Assembly (NCBI GenBank): GCA_029288775.1
Contig: JARIGQ010000006.1
Location: 64,120 to 128,119, forward strand
Direction of reading: 5' to 3'
DNA length: 64,000 bases
DNA from: Candidatus Nomurabacteria bacterium
Lineage (GTDB): Bacteria > Patescibacteriota > Minisyncoccia > Phycocordibacterales > UBA5272
Positions 9,981 to 19,557 of this stretch are shown here, piece by piece. Within the stretch, counting starts at the first letter, position 1, and the number at the start of each line of letters is the position of its first letter. The notes beneath the pieces are model-generated. The model did no database searches, was not told the origin of the DNA, and worked only from the letters and a program-made list of their open reading frames with translations. The position numbers and the translations under genes were made by a program.

Positions 9981-12044
9981 ATGAAATCGATCGTTCCTTT
10001 TCTTACAAAACTTTATCAATATGTAACAGTGTTTTTGGTGGTTGCTTCCCCGCTCTTTTTTATTCCGGGAACCAACTTCGCTCCTGAGGTGACGTACTAC
10101 ATCACCGTTTCTGTGCTTTCTGCTATTGCGCTTCTTTCGTATGCGCTCGTAGCAGTGATTACGCGCTCCTGGCACAGTGTGTCCCGGCTTGAATTCATTT
10201 CCTACTTTACATTTGCAGGCGCTATTGTCCTCTCGGTGCTTGTGGCGGACAATCACCGCATCGCGCTTTTTGGAGATGCGTTTAATCCGCTTTCGGGAGC
10301 AGCGCTTCTTTCGCTTCCTGCAATCATGTACCTCGTGCGAACCCTTCCGGATGGAATGCGTACTAAACTCAAGTATGTTCTTGCAAGCATCCTTGGGGTT
10401 GCAACGTTCTTGTTCGTTCTTCTCATGACGATTAATGGAACGTACGTTTCAATGCTCTCTAATGTGTTCTCTGGATTCTCCACTGCGGTTTCGTTCAGTG
10501 CGTACATCGGTATTTTCGTGGTAGCAGCTTTCTTCTTTACCAAGAAAGCAAAGATTAAAATGTGGCAGAAAGGGGTGATTGTGGTTACTGCCCTTGTGTT
10601 CCTCGCATGGCTTGTCTCTTTGTCTCTTACCTATGTTCGTCCTAATTTCACTTCATCGTTCGTAGTTGCTCAAAATGTGCTTCTTCACGATGGTCTCTTT
10701 GGTATCGGTGCTGGAGATTATGTGCGCAGCTGGCAGCTCTACCGCCCTCAGGCCGTGATTACTTCTCCTTACTTCGCATACGATTTCAGCGAAGGGTTCA
10801 GTACAGCTACGACACTTGCAACAACCATCGGTATTGTCGGTCTTCTCGCATTCCTTATGCTTACGTTGTCTGCACTGTACAGCACATGGCGAAGCTATAG
10901 AAGGATACATGAAGGGGAAGATCATATGGTAACAGGCCTTCTCGCTCTTGTGCTTCTGTATTTGTCGATTATTTCATGGGTGCTTCCGCTTTCGTATGCA
11001 ATGCTTGTGGTATGGATGGTAGTAGGAGGTCTTGGTCTTGCTAAGGCACAGCTTACACAGTTCCATCCAAGTAAGAAGCTTGGCTTCTTGTTTGTTCCGC
11101 TCGCTGTACTCCTTGTTATCCATGCTGGTATGACAGTACAGAAGGCCCGTGCCTTCCTTCTCTTCGGTCAGGCTCAAATGCAAATGACGAACTCAGGTCC
11201 AGTTGATCAGGTAGGTGATTTGCTTACAAAAGCTGAATCAATTTACTCGTACGACGGATTTAATCGTGCTCATGTTGAGTACATGATTGAAAAGGAGCGT
11301 TTGCTTGTGGCGACTACAACTATGGAGCAAGCCGCTCTTCAGCAGGCGTATCTCACCAATGTACAGGCGGCTGTAGATACTGGACTTGGAGCAGTGGCTA
11401 TTAACAAGACAAATTATCAGAACTACGTATCTCTTGGAAGAGCTTACGAACTTGCAATTCCGTTCCAGAAGGATGATGCATATAAGCACGCACGAGATGC
11501 GTATGAACAAGCTACCAAGTTGTATCCTAATAATCCCTACTTGTATGTTATGCTCGCTCGCCTAGAAGCTGCGGCTGGTACCAAGGAAGGGGTTCGTACT
11601 GATTTGACTCAAGCGCTTAAGACTAAGAATAACTTTGCTGATGCGCTTTACCTTATGAGCCAGCTTGAAGCTTCAGATCAAAAGATCGATGAAGCGATTA
11701 ATTACGCAATTGAAGCTGTAAAGAATGCTCCGCAGGATCCACTCGTGTACATTCAAGCAGGTTTGCTCTTATATGGAAAGAAGGATTATCAGGATGCAGT
11801 TATTGCACTTAACACTGCTCTCTCGCTAGATCAGAATAACGCTACGATCGCATACTTCCTCGCCCTTTCGCTTCGTGATGGAGGACGTCCAGATCTTGCA
11901 AAGACCCTTGCTGACGAGCTTGCAAAGCGCGACCCAACCAATTCAGATATTCAAGCTTTGGTAAAATCTGTAGAGAATGCTTCCGCGCCAAGCTCTGTTC
12001 CAGCAGCTACCAAAGCAACCACCAAAACGTCTGTTAAGAAATAA
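9981..12044 (+). CDS. Polytopic membrane protein (O-antigen ligase-like) with C-terminal TPR repeats
   Basis: About 12 TM segments, FGIGAG loop, then TPR-like helical repeats. Confidence 0.75.
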   Translation: MKSIVPFLTKLYQYVTVFLVVASPLFFIPGTNFAPEVTYYITVSVLSAIALLSYALVAVITRSWHSVSRLEFISYFTFAGAIVLSVLVADNHRIALFGDAFNPLSGAALLSLPAIMYLVRTLPDGMRTKLKYVLASILGVATFLFVLLMTINGTYVSMLSNVFSGFSTAVSFSAYIGIFVVAAFFFTKKAKIKMWQKGVIVVTALVFLAWLVSLSLTYVRPNFTSSFVVAQNVLLHDGLFGIGAGDYVRSWQLYRPQAVITSPYFAYDFSEGFSTATTLATTIGIVGLLAFLMLTLSALYSTWRSYRRIHEGEDHMVTGLLALVLLYLSIISWVLPLSYAMLVVWMVVGGLGLAKAQLTQFHPSKKLGFLFVPLAVLLVIHAGMTVQKARAFLLFGQAQMQMTNSGPVDQVGDLLTKAESIYSYDGFNRAHVEYMIEKERLLVATTTMEQAALQQAYLTNVQAAVDTGLGAVAINKTNYQNYVSLGRAYELAIPFQKDDAYKHARDAYEQATKLYPNNPYLYVMLARLEAAAGTKEGVRTDLTQALKTKNNFADALYLMSQLEASDQKIDEAINYAIEAVKNAPQDPLVYIQAGLLLYGKKDYQDAVIALNTALSLDQNNATIAYFLALSLRDGGRPDLAKTLADELAKRDPTNSDIQALVKSVENASAPSSVPAATKATTKTSVKK

Positions 12045-12899
12045 ATGAATCTGCATGAGATAGAAGCAACAATCAAGGAGCTCTCGCTACGCCATCAACC
12101 GCTTGACGAGATTACCCTTGTGACACTTCTCCGTGCAGGAGGATGGGAGGAAAAAGATATAGAAGACGCAAAGACACTCTTCCGCGGGGGAGTGTCTTCT
12201 GCTCTTAAAGGAAGAACATGGACACAGCAACAAATACGCGAGGATACGGAAAAAGCCCTTCCTAATGGTAATGATTCAAGCCATCTCCTTATGGAACGCA
12301 CGGAAGATGTTCCGAGTGTTATTGGTTCTGAAGAAGCGAAGGGAACGGAAATGTCTCATCATGTGGATCCGGTATCACTGATAGAGGTGAATCACATCGT
12401 AGAAAAAGATGCTATTCCTCATAATTTGCCCTTACGCCCATTTGAGACATCAGAACATGTGTGGCCTTTCTCACGGTATCGCGACGTATTTTATGGGGGA
12501 GAAGATGATCATTTGCCTCCATCAGTTACACCCCACATTGCTTCACCGCCTCCTCCACCAGAACCTGTAGCACCTCCTGTGCCCATCCCGGAGCCTGTAC
12601 AAAGTATTCCCGTAGTGCCTCCTCCTGTAGAAACGCCTGCGGTTGAAGTTCCTCCTCAAGAAGAAGAGATAGAAATTCCTCCTCCGATTGCAGAACCAGT
12701 GTATGTAGAACCGGTAGTAGTTACTCCTGTAATTCCTCCGGTTTCTCCTGCGCCTGTAGAGCTTCCTTTACCTACGCCGACCAAACCCTCGTCGCCTTCA
12801 AAGAGTCATATCGACGAAAATCTTGTTATCCTGGCGTGTTTCATGCTTTTCCTCGTGCTCCTTCTCCTTGGGTATATGTACAGCAATGGGCGACTGTGA
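12045..12899 (+). CDS. Proline-rich protein with C-terminal TM anchor
   Basis: N-terminal LL.AGGW...DI..A helix, long P/V/E-rich linker, terminal TM. Confidence 0.75.
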   Translation: MNLHEIEATIKELSLRHQPLDEITLVTLLRAGGWEEKDIEDAKTLFRGGVSSALKGRTWTQQQIREDTEKALPNGNDSSHLLMERTEDVPSVIGSEEAKGTEMSHHVDPVSLIEVNHIVEKDAIPHNLPLRPFETSEHVWPFSRYRDVFYGGEDDHLPPSVTPHIASPPPPPEPVAPPVPIPEPVQSIPVVPPPVETPAVEVPPQEEEIEIPPPIAEPVYVEPVVVTPVIPPVSPAPVELPLPTPTKPSSPSKSHIDENLVILACFMLFLVLLLLGYMYSNGRL

Positions 12900-12982
12900 T
12901 GTATTTCCTTTTGAAGTGTTGTCACAAGTTTGTGCTTTAGCTGTTATTACCATTACTAGCAATCAATTAAGAACCTATATCT

Positions 12983-13777
12983 ATGAATAAACATTTGGAT
13001 ATCAAACAGTACGCTTGGTACGCGGGTACGCTCGCCCTTGCGGGATTATTTATCATGTCGCTTGCAATCGCAGGCGCGCAGCTTTCTTCTATGAAGCACC
13101 CACTTGGACAGCAGGGGACAATCACTGTTTCAGGTGATGGAGAAGTAGCTGTTAAACCAGATATTGCAACCATTACGTTTACCGTAAATGAGACCGGCAC
13201 GACAGTTGCAAACGCTCAAGATGCGGTAGAAAAGAAAGTTATTGCTGCAATTAATGCACTTGCGCAATTTGGTGTAGACGAAAAGGATCGCAAAACAGTT
13301 TCGTATAATGTGTATCCACATTACGAAAATGTACCGATTATGTCAGCTATGGGGATGGGTGTTGCAACCTACCCATCAACTAATCAGAAGATCACTGGGT
13401 ATGACGTAAGTGAGACGGTAGAAGTTAAGATTAGAAAGATTGACTCAGCTGGAGATGTTCTTGGAGCGCTTGGAGCTGCAAATATTACGCAGATCTCTGG
13501 TCCTAACTTCACCGTGGAGGATCCAGATAAGGCACAAGAAAAAGCTAAGGAAGAAGCTATTGAAGCGGCTCGTGCAAAGGCAAAAGAAACTGCTCGTGCG
13601 CTTGGAGTTGATTTAGGAGAAGTAGTACAGTTCTCAGAAGATAATGGTGGCTACCCGATGCCGATGAGCTATGCTAAGGATATGCGAGCACAAAGTGCGC
13701 TCGGTTCTGAGGTTACGCTTCCTTCAGGGGATAGTACGATTAAGTCTCATGTGACGATCACGTACAATCTAGATTAA
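12983..13777 (+). CDS. SIMPL (DUF541) domain protein
   Basis: ITVSGDGEV.VKPD and AR.KA...A.ALGV.LG motifs. Confidence 0.9.
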   Translation: MNKHLDIKQYAWYAGTLALAGLFIMSLAIAGAQLSSMKHPLGQQGTITVSGDGEVAVKPDIATITFTVNETGTTVANAQDAVEKKVIAAINALAQFGVDEKDRKTVSYNVYPHYENVPIMSAMGMGVATYPSTNQKITGYDVSETVEVKIRKIDSAGDVLGALGAANITQISGPNFTVEDPDKAQEKAKEEAIEAARAKAKETARALGVDLGEVVQFSEDNGGYPMPMSYAKDMRAQSALGSEVTLPSGDSTIKSHVTITYNLD

Positions 13778-13828
13778 ATAGAGAAAATATCTGCATAAGA
13801 AAACCGCCTGGAAGAGGCGGTTTTCTTA

Positions 13829-13857
13829 TTGACAATAGCGTTTGCTTCCTGTATAAT
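13829..13857 (+). promoter_or_regulatory. Sigma70-type promoter of secE-nusG
   Basis: Perfect TTGACA-17 nt-TATAAT immediately after a terminator hairpin. Confidence 0.8.
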
Positions 13858-13916
13858 GAGTCTATCAGAAATGCCCGTCGGGGGCGTTTTTTAGAATAAG
13901 ACACTTATAGACCCAT

Positions 13917-14099
13917 ATGAATCTTTTCAATTATCTCAAGGAGACCAAGGCTGAGCTTAAGGAAGTAACATTTCCGAGCATGTCTCAAACGATTCTTTTT
14001 ACTACTGCGGTGATCGTGATTTCTCTTGCGGTTGCAGCGCTTCTTGGTGCGGTGGACTTTGGTCTTCGTGAAGGTCTTATCAAGCTTCTCGCACGCTAA
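13917..14099 (+). CDS. secE: Preprotein translocase subunit SecE
   Basis: ELKEVTFPS motif, single TM, upstream of nusG. Confidence 0.95.
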   Translation: MNLFNYLKETKAELKEVTFPSMSQTILFTTAVIVISLAVAALLGAVDFGLREGLIKLLAR

Positions 14100-14119
14100 T
14101 CTTTAATTTATAACTATTT

Positions 14120-14665
14120 ATGGCCAAGCAAGAATTTACAGGAGAGCGTCATTGGTATGCAATCCACACCTATAGTGGGTATGAAAATGCGGTAATGCGT
14201 AATCTTAAGCAGCGCATCGAATCGCTCGGTATGGAGAACAAAATCTTCAATGTGATTGTTCCTATTGAAAAGAAGATCAAGGTAAAAGGAACTAAGCGTG
14301 TAGAAGTTGAGGAAAAGATTTATCCAGGATATGTCCTTGTAGATATGATTGTGGACGATAACTCCTGGTATGTAGTGCGCAATACGCCGCGGGTTACAGG
14401 ATTCGTTGGTGCGGGGACAACGCCTGTTCCACTTATGCAATCTGAAATCGACTTCCTTTTCTCTCGCATGAATACTGGAGAAGTTGAGCATGATATCTCT
14501 ATGGATGTAGGGGAACTTGTTGCTATTACCGATGGTCCGTTTAAGGATTTTGAAGGAAAGGTATCCGAAGTAGATAAGGCACGTGGAAAGCTCAAGGTCT
14601 TGGTAAATATGTTCGGTCGCGAGACGCCGGTTGAACTAGACTTCCTCCAAGTAAAAAAGATTTAA
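14120..14665 (+). CDS. nusG: Transcription termination/antitermination factor NusG
   Basis: WYAIHTYSGYE, PGYVLV, KOW motif GPFKDFEG, MFGRETPVEL. Confidence 0.98.
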   Translation: MAKQEFTGERHWYAIHTYSGYENAVMRNLKQRIESLGMENKIFNVIVPIEKKIKVKGTKRVEVEEKIYPGYVLVDMIVDDNSWYVVRNTPRVTGFVGAGTTPVPLMQSEIDFLFSRMNTGEVEHDISMDVGELVAITDGPFKDFEGKVSEVDKARGKLKVLVNMFGRETPVELDFLQVKKI

Positions 14666-14786
14666 AAGTCATCTATTGTCCATTTTCTTTGTTACGGGTC
14701 CCAGTCGGTTCGTCAACGTAGCACTAACTACGTCTCCTCGCCGACAATCCCGTGCCGCGAAACTGGAAGCAATAGCTTACTTTTAA
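14662..14786. repeat. Long imperfect hairpin element, copy A
   Basis: Nested complementary arms TTAAAAGT/ACTTTTAA, CTATTG/CAATAG, ACGGG/CCCGT, GTCGG/CCGAC, CGTAG/CTACG; same architecture as 33871-33997. Confidence 0.7.
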
Positions 14787-14830
14787 GGCTTGAAAATAAA
14801 TAGAATTAGTGGTAGAATAACGAAACTTTT

Positions 14831-15244
14831 ATGGCAGCAAAGAAAATTACAAAATACGTGAAGGTGCAGATCGAGGCGGGTAAGGCTATGCCTGCGCCTC
14901 CACTTGGTCCTGCACTTGGACAAGCGGGTGTGCAGATTGGAGACTTCGTACAGAAGTTCAACGCTGCAACCAAGGATATGCAGGGACGTCTTTCAGTGAA
15001 GATTTACGTGTACGAAGATCGTACGTACGATTTCGTTATCAAGACTCCTACTGCAACTTCACTTGTGATGAAGGCTGCAAATGTAGCTAAGGGAAATTCA
15101 AAAGGTAATGCCGGAACTATTTCACAGGATAAAATTCGTGAAATCGCAGAGCTCAAATTGAAGGACCTTACTGCCCACACGGTAGAGCAGGCAATGAAGA
15201 TTATCGAAGGAACTGCACGTTCAATCGGTATCAAGGTAAAGTAA
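14831..15244 (+). CDS. rplK: 50S ribosomal protein L11
   Basis: AGKAMPAPPLGPALGQ and GTARSIG. Confidence 0.98.
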   Translation: MAAKKITKYVKVQIEAGKAMPAPPLGPALGQAGVQIGDFVQKFNAATKDMQGRLSVKIYVYEDRTYDFVIKTPTATSLVMKAANVAKGNSKGNAGTISQDKIREIAELKLKDLTAHTVEQAMKIIEGTARSIGIKVK

Positions 15245-15256
15245 TATTTCACAATA

Positions 15257-15291
15257 AAAGCAAAAAGCCGCAATCTTGCGGCTTTTTGCTT
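15257..15291 (+). terminator. Intrinsic terminator after rplK
   Basis: AAGCAAAAAGCCGCAA-TC-TTGCGGCTTTTTGCTT. Confidence 0.8.
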
Positions 15292-15363
15292 GAAAGCGTA
15301 GTCTAGTTCCTAGACTTGTTGCAATTCGCTAACAAGAGCCACATTTGCAAAGAGAGGGTTCTC

Positions 15364-16503
15364 ATGGAATATCCTGGTAAAGGTGCGTTTAGTAAGTCCG
15401 ACTTGCAAGATTTGATTGCCGCAGAGCGGATTAAGACGCTCCCAGGCTTCGAAGGGAAGCATGTTGGGCCTGCGTCGATTGATATTACCGTCTCAAGCGA
15501 GGAGGTATATCAAGTCTCTCAGCTTTTGCGGCCCAGCGGCAAGCGCCGCGAGAAGGTGAGAGACATGCTTAAAAGCTTGGATGCCAAGCGGGTGAGGATG
15601 GGTTCGGTCCTTGGTACTGGTCACAAGTACGTTGCTAAGGCAACCGTAAATGGTAACTTCCCCGCAGGGTTATACGGGTATAGTAATGCCAAGTCCACAA
15701 GTGGGCGCAACATGTGTCTGTGCCGGACGATCGCCGACGAGGTCGAAGGGTTCGATACCCTTGATCGCCGTTGGGAAAATTGGACGGGAGAAATTTGGTT
15801 GACGATTGAACCGTTTGTGTTCCCTATCGTTCTTACGGATAAGGAGTGTTACGCACAAATCCGCATGTTCGACGGAGATACTCGGTTCCATGAGTCCGAC
15901 CTGAAGAAGGAGTTACAAAAACGAGATTTCCTTTTTAAGCAGGACGGGAGCCGGTACAACTTAGGCGAGCTCGAGTTGACAACAGGTGACGGCACGATTT
16001 TTACCACCCTATACGCGAAGGCGGGTAGGTTGGTGGGATTCAAGGCGAAGCGCACGCTTGAGCCGCTCAATCTGACTGCGCGCGGACTTCACCCAGAAAG
16101 CCATTTCATTCCGGTCTATGCCGAAAAGGACCCCACGGATCCTGATGGGGGAATGGTCACGCTTGAGGCAGGGCATTTCTACTTGCTCTCGACCAACGAG
16201 GTTCTTGATGTTCCAGAGCATCTTTGCGCAGAGCTGGTTGCACTCCATCCGCGCCTTGGATTGTTCTTCTCCCATTTTGCTGGGTTCTTCGATCCGGGAT
16301 TTAAGGGAGTACCTACCCTTGAAGTGACACCCATCATCAGGACTACTTTGCGTCACCGTGAGGCCGTCGGGTGCTTCCGTTATGAGCGGATGCGTTCAAA
16401 GACGGAGTCATACGCGGTTGTCGGTAACTACAGTGGGCAAAAGAGAACCACGCTTCCGAAGCAGTTTCATCTGCCCAGAGATTGGCACGATGCCATGGCC
16501 TGA
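15364..16503 (+). CDS. dcd: dCTP deaminase, long two-domain form
   Basis: PASIDI, NAKSTSGR, H.AGFFDPGF.G..TLEV and NY.GQ; GAGGG SD before the ATG at 15364. Confidence 0.85.
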   Translation: MEYPGKGAFSKSDLQDLIAAERIKTLPGFEGKHVGPASIDITVSSEEVYQVSQLLRPSGKRREKVRDMLKSLDAKRVRMGSVLGTGHKYVAKATVNGNFPAGLYGYSNAKSTSGRNMCLCRTIADEVEGFDTLDRRWENWTGEIWLTIEPFVFPIVLTDKECYAQIRMFDGDTRFHESDLKKELQKRDFLFKQDGSRYNLGELELTTGDGTIFTTLYAKAGRLVGFKAKRTLEPLNLTARGLHPESHFIPVYAEKDPTDPDGGMVTLEAGHFYLLSTNEVLDVPEHLCAELVALHPRLGLFFSHFAGFFDPGFKGVPTLEVTPIIRTTLRHREAVGCFRYERMRSKTESYAVVGNYSGQKRTTLPKQFHLPRDWHDAMA

Positions 16504-16556
16504 AGAGGCAGTAAGAGCTCCGAGAGGGGCTCTTTCTTTTTTGCTACACTGAGCGT

Positions 16557-16976
16557 ATGAAATTGAAAGTGAAAAGATTACATCCACAGGCTAAACTTCC
16601 TACACGTGCACACCATGATGATGGAGGTTTAGATATTTATTGTTGTGAAGAAGTAACGCTTCCTCCACATACTACTGTAAAAATTCCTACAGGCATTGCC
16701 TATGAATTGCCGGTTGGTTATTGTGCATTTGCATGGGATAAGTCTTCTATTGGCGCGAAAGGATTAAAAACACTTGGAGGCGTATTGGATGCGGGATACC
16801 GCGGGGAATTATTCATCCCGATGAGAAATCTCACTAATGAAAGTTACACGTTTGAAGCAGGACATAAAATCGCACAGATGGTAATTCAAAAAGTAGAACT
16901 CTGGGAGGTAGAAGAAGCGCACGAACTTTCTGAAACCGCTCGCGGAGAAGGAGGATTTGGAAGTACAGGGAAGTAA
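16557..16976 (+). CDS. dut: dUTP diphosphatase
   Basis: GLDI, DKSS, GVLDAGYRGE, KIAQ and RGEGGFGSTG motifs. Confidence 0.97.
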   Translation: MKLKVKRLHPQAKLPTRAHHDDGGLDIYCCEEVTLPPHTTVKIPTGIAYELPVGYCAFAWDKSSIGAKGLKTLGGVLDAGYRGELFIPMRNLTNESYTFEAGHKIAQMVIQKVELWEVEEAHELSETARGEGGFGSTGK

Positions 16977-17405
16977 TTATCTTTTACTTAGCTCTCTTAT
17001 TGTGCCTATATATAACTGCTCGTAGGAAGTACCTTGAATGTTCTTATCTTTGGGGCCCAGGTGTACTTCTGTTTTTTCATCAATCCCCATCTTCATAAAT
17101 TGAGGCAAGATTTGTAGCACTTCTTGTCGTACCTTTTCATTAAATGCAAATCCTGCACCTTTGTAGCAATAGAGTCTATTTTCCTGCTTAAGAAAAAATC
17201 CGCGTATGTGTTCTTCTAAAAAACTGTGTAGAGAAGACTCCTCAACCCATCCTTCATCTTTGAACCATTCGATATGTGAACTTTGAATATTAGGAGGAGC
17301 AACTTCAAGCGCTCCATCTTTTATACAGAACATAATTCTCGATGTGTGGAAATCAATATCTTCAGGCCTTGTTTTGAGGAAATTTAAATCTGGAGCATCT
17401 TTCAT
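16977..17405 (-). CDS. Hypothetical protein
   Basis: ORF with host-like composition; TATACT box just upstream of the ATG. Confidence 0.6.
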   Translation of the reverse strand: MKDAPDLNFLKTRPEDIDFHTSRIMFCIKDGALEVAPPNIQSSHIEWFKDEGWVEESSLHSFLEEHIRGFFLKQENRLYCYKGAGFAFNEKVRQEVLQILPQFMKMGIDEKTEVHLGPKDKNIQGTSYEQLYIGTIRELSKR

Positions 17406-17471
17406 GTCTAAAGTATAAAGCACTTAAAGAAAAAGGCCCGCCAAGGGGCGGGCCTCGACTCGTTGACCTGA

Positions 17472-18533
17472 TCAGTCTTCGAGTGAAAGGATGAATTCGA
17501 CCATCTCCTGGTCACCACGGCAGCCCACGAGGAGTTGCTCCTTGGAGACCAGCTTGGTGAAGTCTCCTTCGTTGGGGATGGTTTTTCGCAGCTGGGTCCA
17601 GACGCGGGAGTAATTCCCCCACGAACCGTCGGGGTCGCCGTCCTCACGTGGGCGCACCGGGTGCTGCAGGGGAGACATGTGCCCATTCCCTTTCAGGTCT
17701 TGGGCCAGTTCGAGATCCTTCGCGAGTGCCCGGACGCCGTTATGGGTCAGATAGCTGGTCCGCGCGCATTTGCCGGCGGAGGCCCATGCGAGAACTCCTT
17801 CTTTCGGTTCCTCGGCACGGTCTTCCGGACGTATGTACGGAAGGTGCCATTGCCCGATTTGGAGTTCCGTGGGCTTGCTGTTCATCATCGCGTGAGCGAT
17901 GACGATGCCGAAGTCGTTGGCTTCAGGTTGCGCGTGTTCGCTGTTGCGGAGGCCGAAGAAGTTTCTCCAGTGCGTAGCAGTCACGATGACCGTGTGGAAC
18001 GAGTAGGGCTCGATCACGCGGTTGGCATGCTGCTTGTGGAGGCCTTGGTCCTGCTCGAACAGGAAGTGGGAGAGTCCGTACTTCCGGACGAGCTCGTCCA
18101 CCTGTTCGCACAACCATGCACCCTTGGCTGCCATGCCAGCTTTCTCGCTTGCTGCCAGGATTTCCTTGTGGCCGCCAGCCAGGTAGAACGCCTGGATGAC
18201 GGCGATGTCCCGGCCGACCAGCCAGTTGGCTACAGCCTTCTTCTGGTCGGAATCCGACAGGGATTCGCCGGCCTGCATCCCGGCCTTGTTGACCCCGAAC
18301 GAGTTGGGGACGTAAGGCCGTTCAAGCACGGCGATCAGCCGCTTGATCGTGGGCATGGCGCGCGAGCTTGCCGAGTTGCGCGAAAAGCGCGTGTGGGTGT
18401 TGAACTCTGCGAGGTAGGGTCGAGGAAACTCGACTTCCACCGAGCAGATTCGCGATCCGCGAAAAATGCTGTCGCAAATCATCTTTGCGGTGGCGCTTAC
18501 CTCGCGGTAAACGGACGGCGGGGTATAATCCAT
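17472..18533 (-). CDS. thyX: FAD-dependent thymidylate synthase, permuted phage-like form
   Basis: THTRFSRNSASSRA, HKQ.ANR..EP, NFF.LR....AQPE, CARTSY and HMSP.QH; AAGGAG SD; GC-rich. Confidence 0.85.
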   Translation of the reverse strand: MDYTPPSVYREVSATAKMICDSIFRGSRICSVEVEFPRPYLAEFNTHTRFSRNSASSRAMPTIKRLIAVLERPYVPNSFGVNKAGMQAGESLSDSDQKKAVANWLVGRDIAVIQAFYLAGGHKEILAASEKAGMAAKGAWLCEQVDELVRKYGLSHFLFEQDQGLHKQHANRVIEPYSFHTVIVTATHWRNFFGLRNSEHAQPEANDFGIVIAHAMMNSKPTELQIGQWHLPYIRPEDRAEEPKEGVLAWASAGKCARTSYLTHNGVRALAKDLELAQDLKGNGHMSPLQHPVRPREDGDPDGSWGNYSRVWTQLRKTIPNEGDFTKLVSKEQLLVGCRGDQEMVEFILSLED

Positions 18534-18738
18534 GAGATCTCCTTTTCCGTGATGGGGTGGAATGAGCTGTAACCAGCTTATCTAAATGTACAAGTTTGGA
18601 ATAGCTTTTACTAGATTGACAGAACGCGTGTTCTGTTCGTTTGTGGAGTTTCTTTCTTTTACATACACTCGGATAAAAGTTCTTTCTCTCAAGAAGGAAC
18701 ATCCTATTAACTATGCGCCTGCGGGCGAGGAGAGTGAC

Positions 18739-19437
18739 ATGGCCAAGGCTATTATTGCGATCGAAGGGTCTGACGGCGCCGGCAAGGAGACGCAGGCGGG
18801 ACTGCTTATGAAGTTCCTCCAGTCGCAGGGATATACCGTGGGGACGGAATCATTTCCCCGTTACAACAAATCGGTCGGCGGTATCTTTTTGTATGATGCC
18901 CTTAAGGGACCGGAGAAGGAGAAGTACGCCTTCTCGAAGCTTGATCCATATGACGCGAGCAAGCCCTACGCCATGGATCGTTCGGAGTCCCGCGGCATCA
19001 TCGAAGATCTCGTCGCGAAGCACGATGTGGTTGTCTTCGATCGTTACGTTGAGTCGAACTTGCTCCACCAAGGGGGCAAGCTCGCTACACCTGAAGAGCG
19101 TGTAGAATACGCGAATTGGTTGTTCCGGGAAGAATACGAAGGCAAGCGCGGTATCCCGCGCCCTGACTTCGTGATCTACCTCAAGATCCCGTTCTGGCTT
19201 TCGCGCGCCCGTGCGGAGCGGCGGTCGGCAAACGGCGGCCCCGCACTTGATGCGGTCGAGTCCGACATGGATTACGTGCGTAAGGGCCACGAAGGCGGCA
19301 TCTTCTATGCCGAGCATTTCGGTTGGGAAGTAGTGGAAGGCTTGGAGGACAAGCGCGAGCTCACCCCGGATGAAGTTCACCAGAAGGTGATCCGCCAGAT
19401 TACCCCTCGTCTTCTCGAAAAAGGGATCGAGATCTGA
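18739..19437 (+). CDS. tmk: Thymidylate kinase
   Basis: IAIEGSDGAGKETQ P-loop, SFPRY and DRYVESN; GAGGAG SD. Confidence 0.9.
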   Translation: MAKAIIAIEGSDGAGKETQAGLLMKFLQSQGYTVGTESFPRYNKSVGGIFLYDALKGPEKEKYAFSKLDPYDASKPYAMDRSESRGIIEDLVAKHDVVVFDRYVESNLLHQGGKLATPEERVEYANWLFREEYEGKRGIPRPDFVIYLKIPFWLSRARAERRSANGGPALDAVESDMDYVRKGHEGGIFYAEHFGWEVVEGLEDKRELTPDEVHQKVIRQITPRLLEKGIEI

Positions 19438-19557
19438 AGTAACACTATGGAAACCGGCCCACGGGGCCGGTTTTTTCTTTTCTCGACACATAAGGGAATG
19501 ATGTGATAGGGTGTCGTTAGTACATCCGTACTTTTTCTTTTGCGAAGGAGAAGATTC

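Noticed and set aside
12520-12800. Repetitive CCT/GTA-rich DNA
   Set aside because: Coding for a proline-rich linker; not a DNA-level repeat
17535-18572. 345-aa plus-strand ORF
   Set aside because: Antisense shadow of GC-rich thyX; no recognisable motifs
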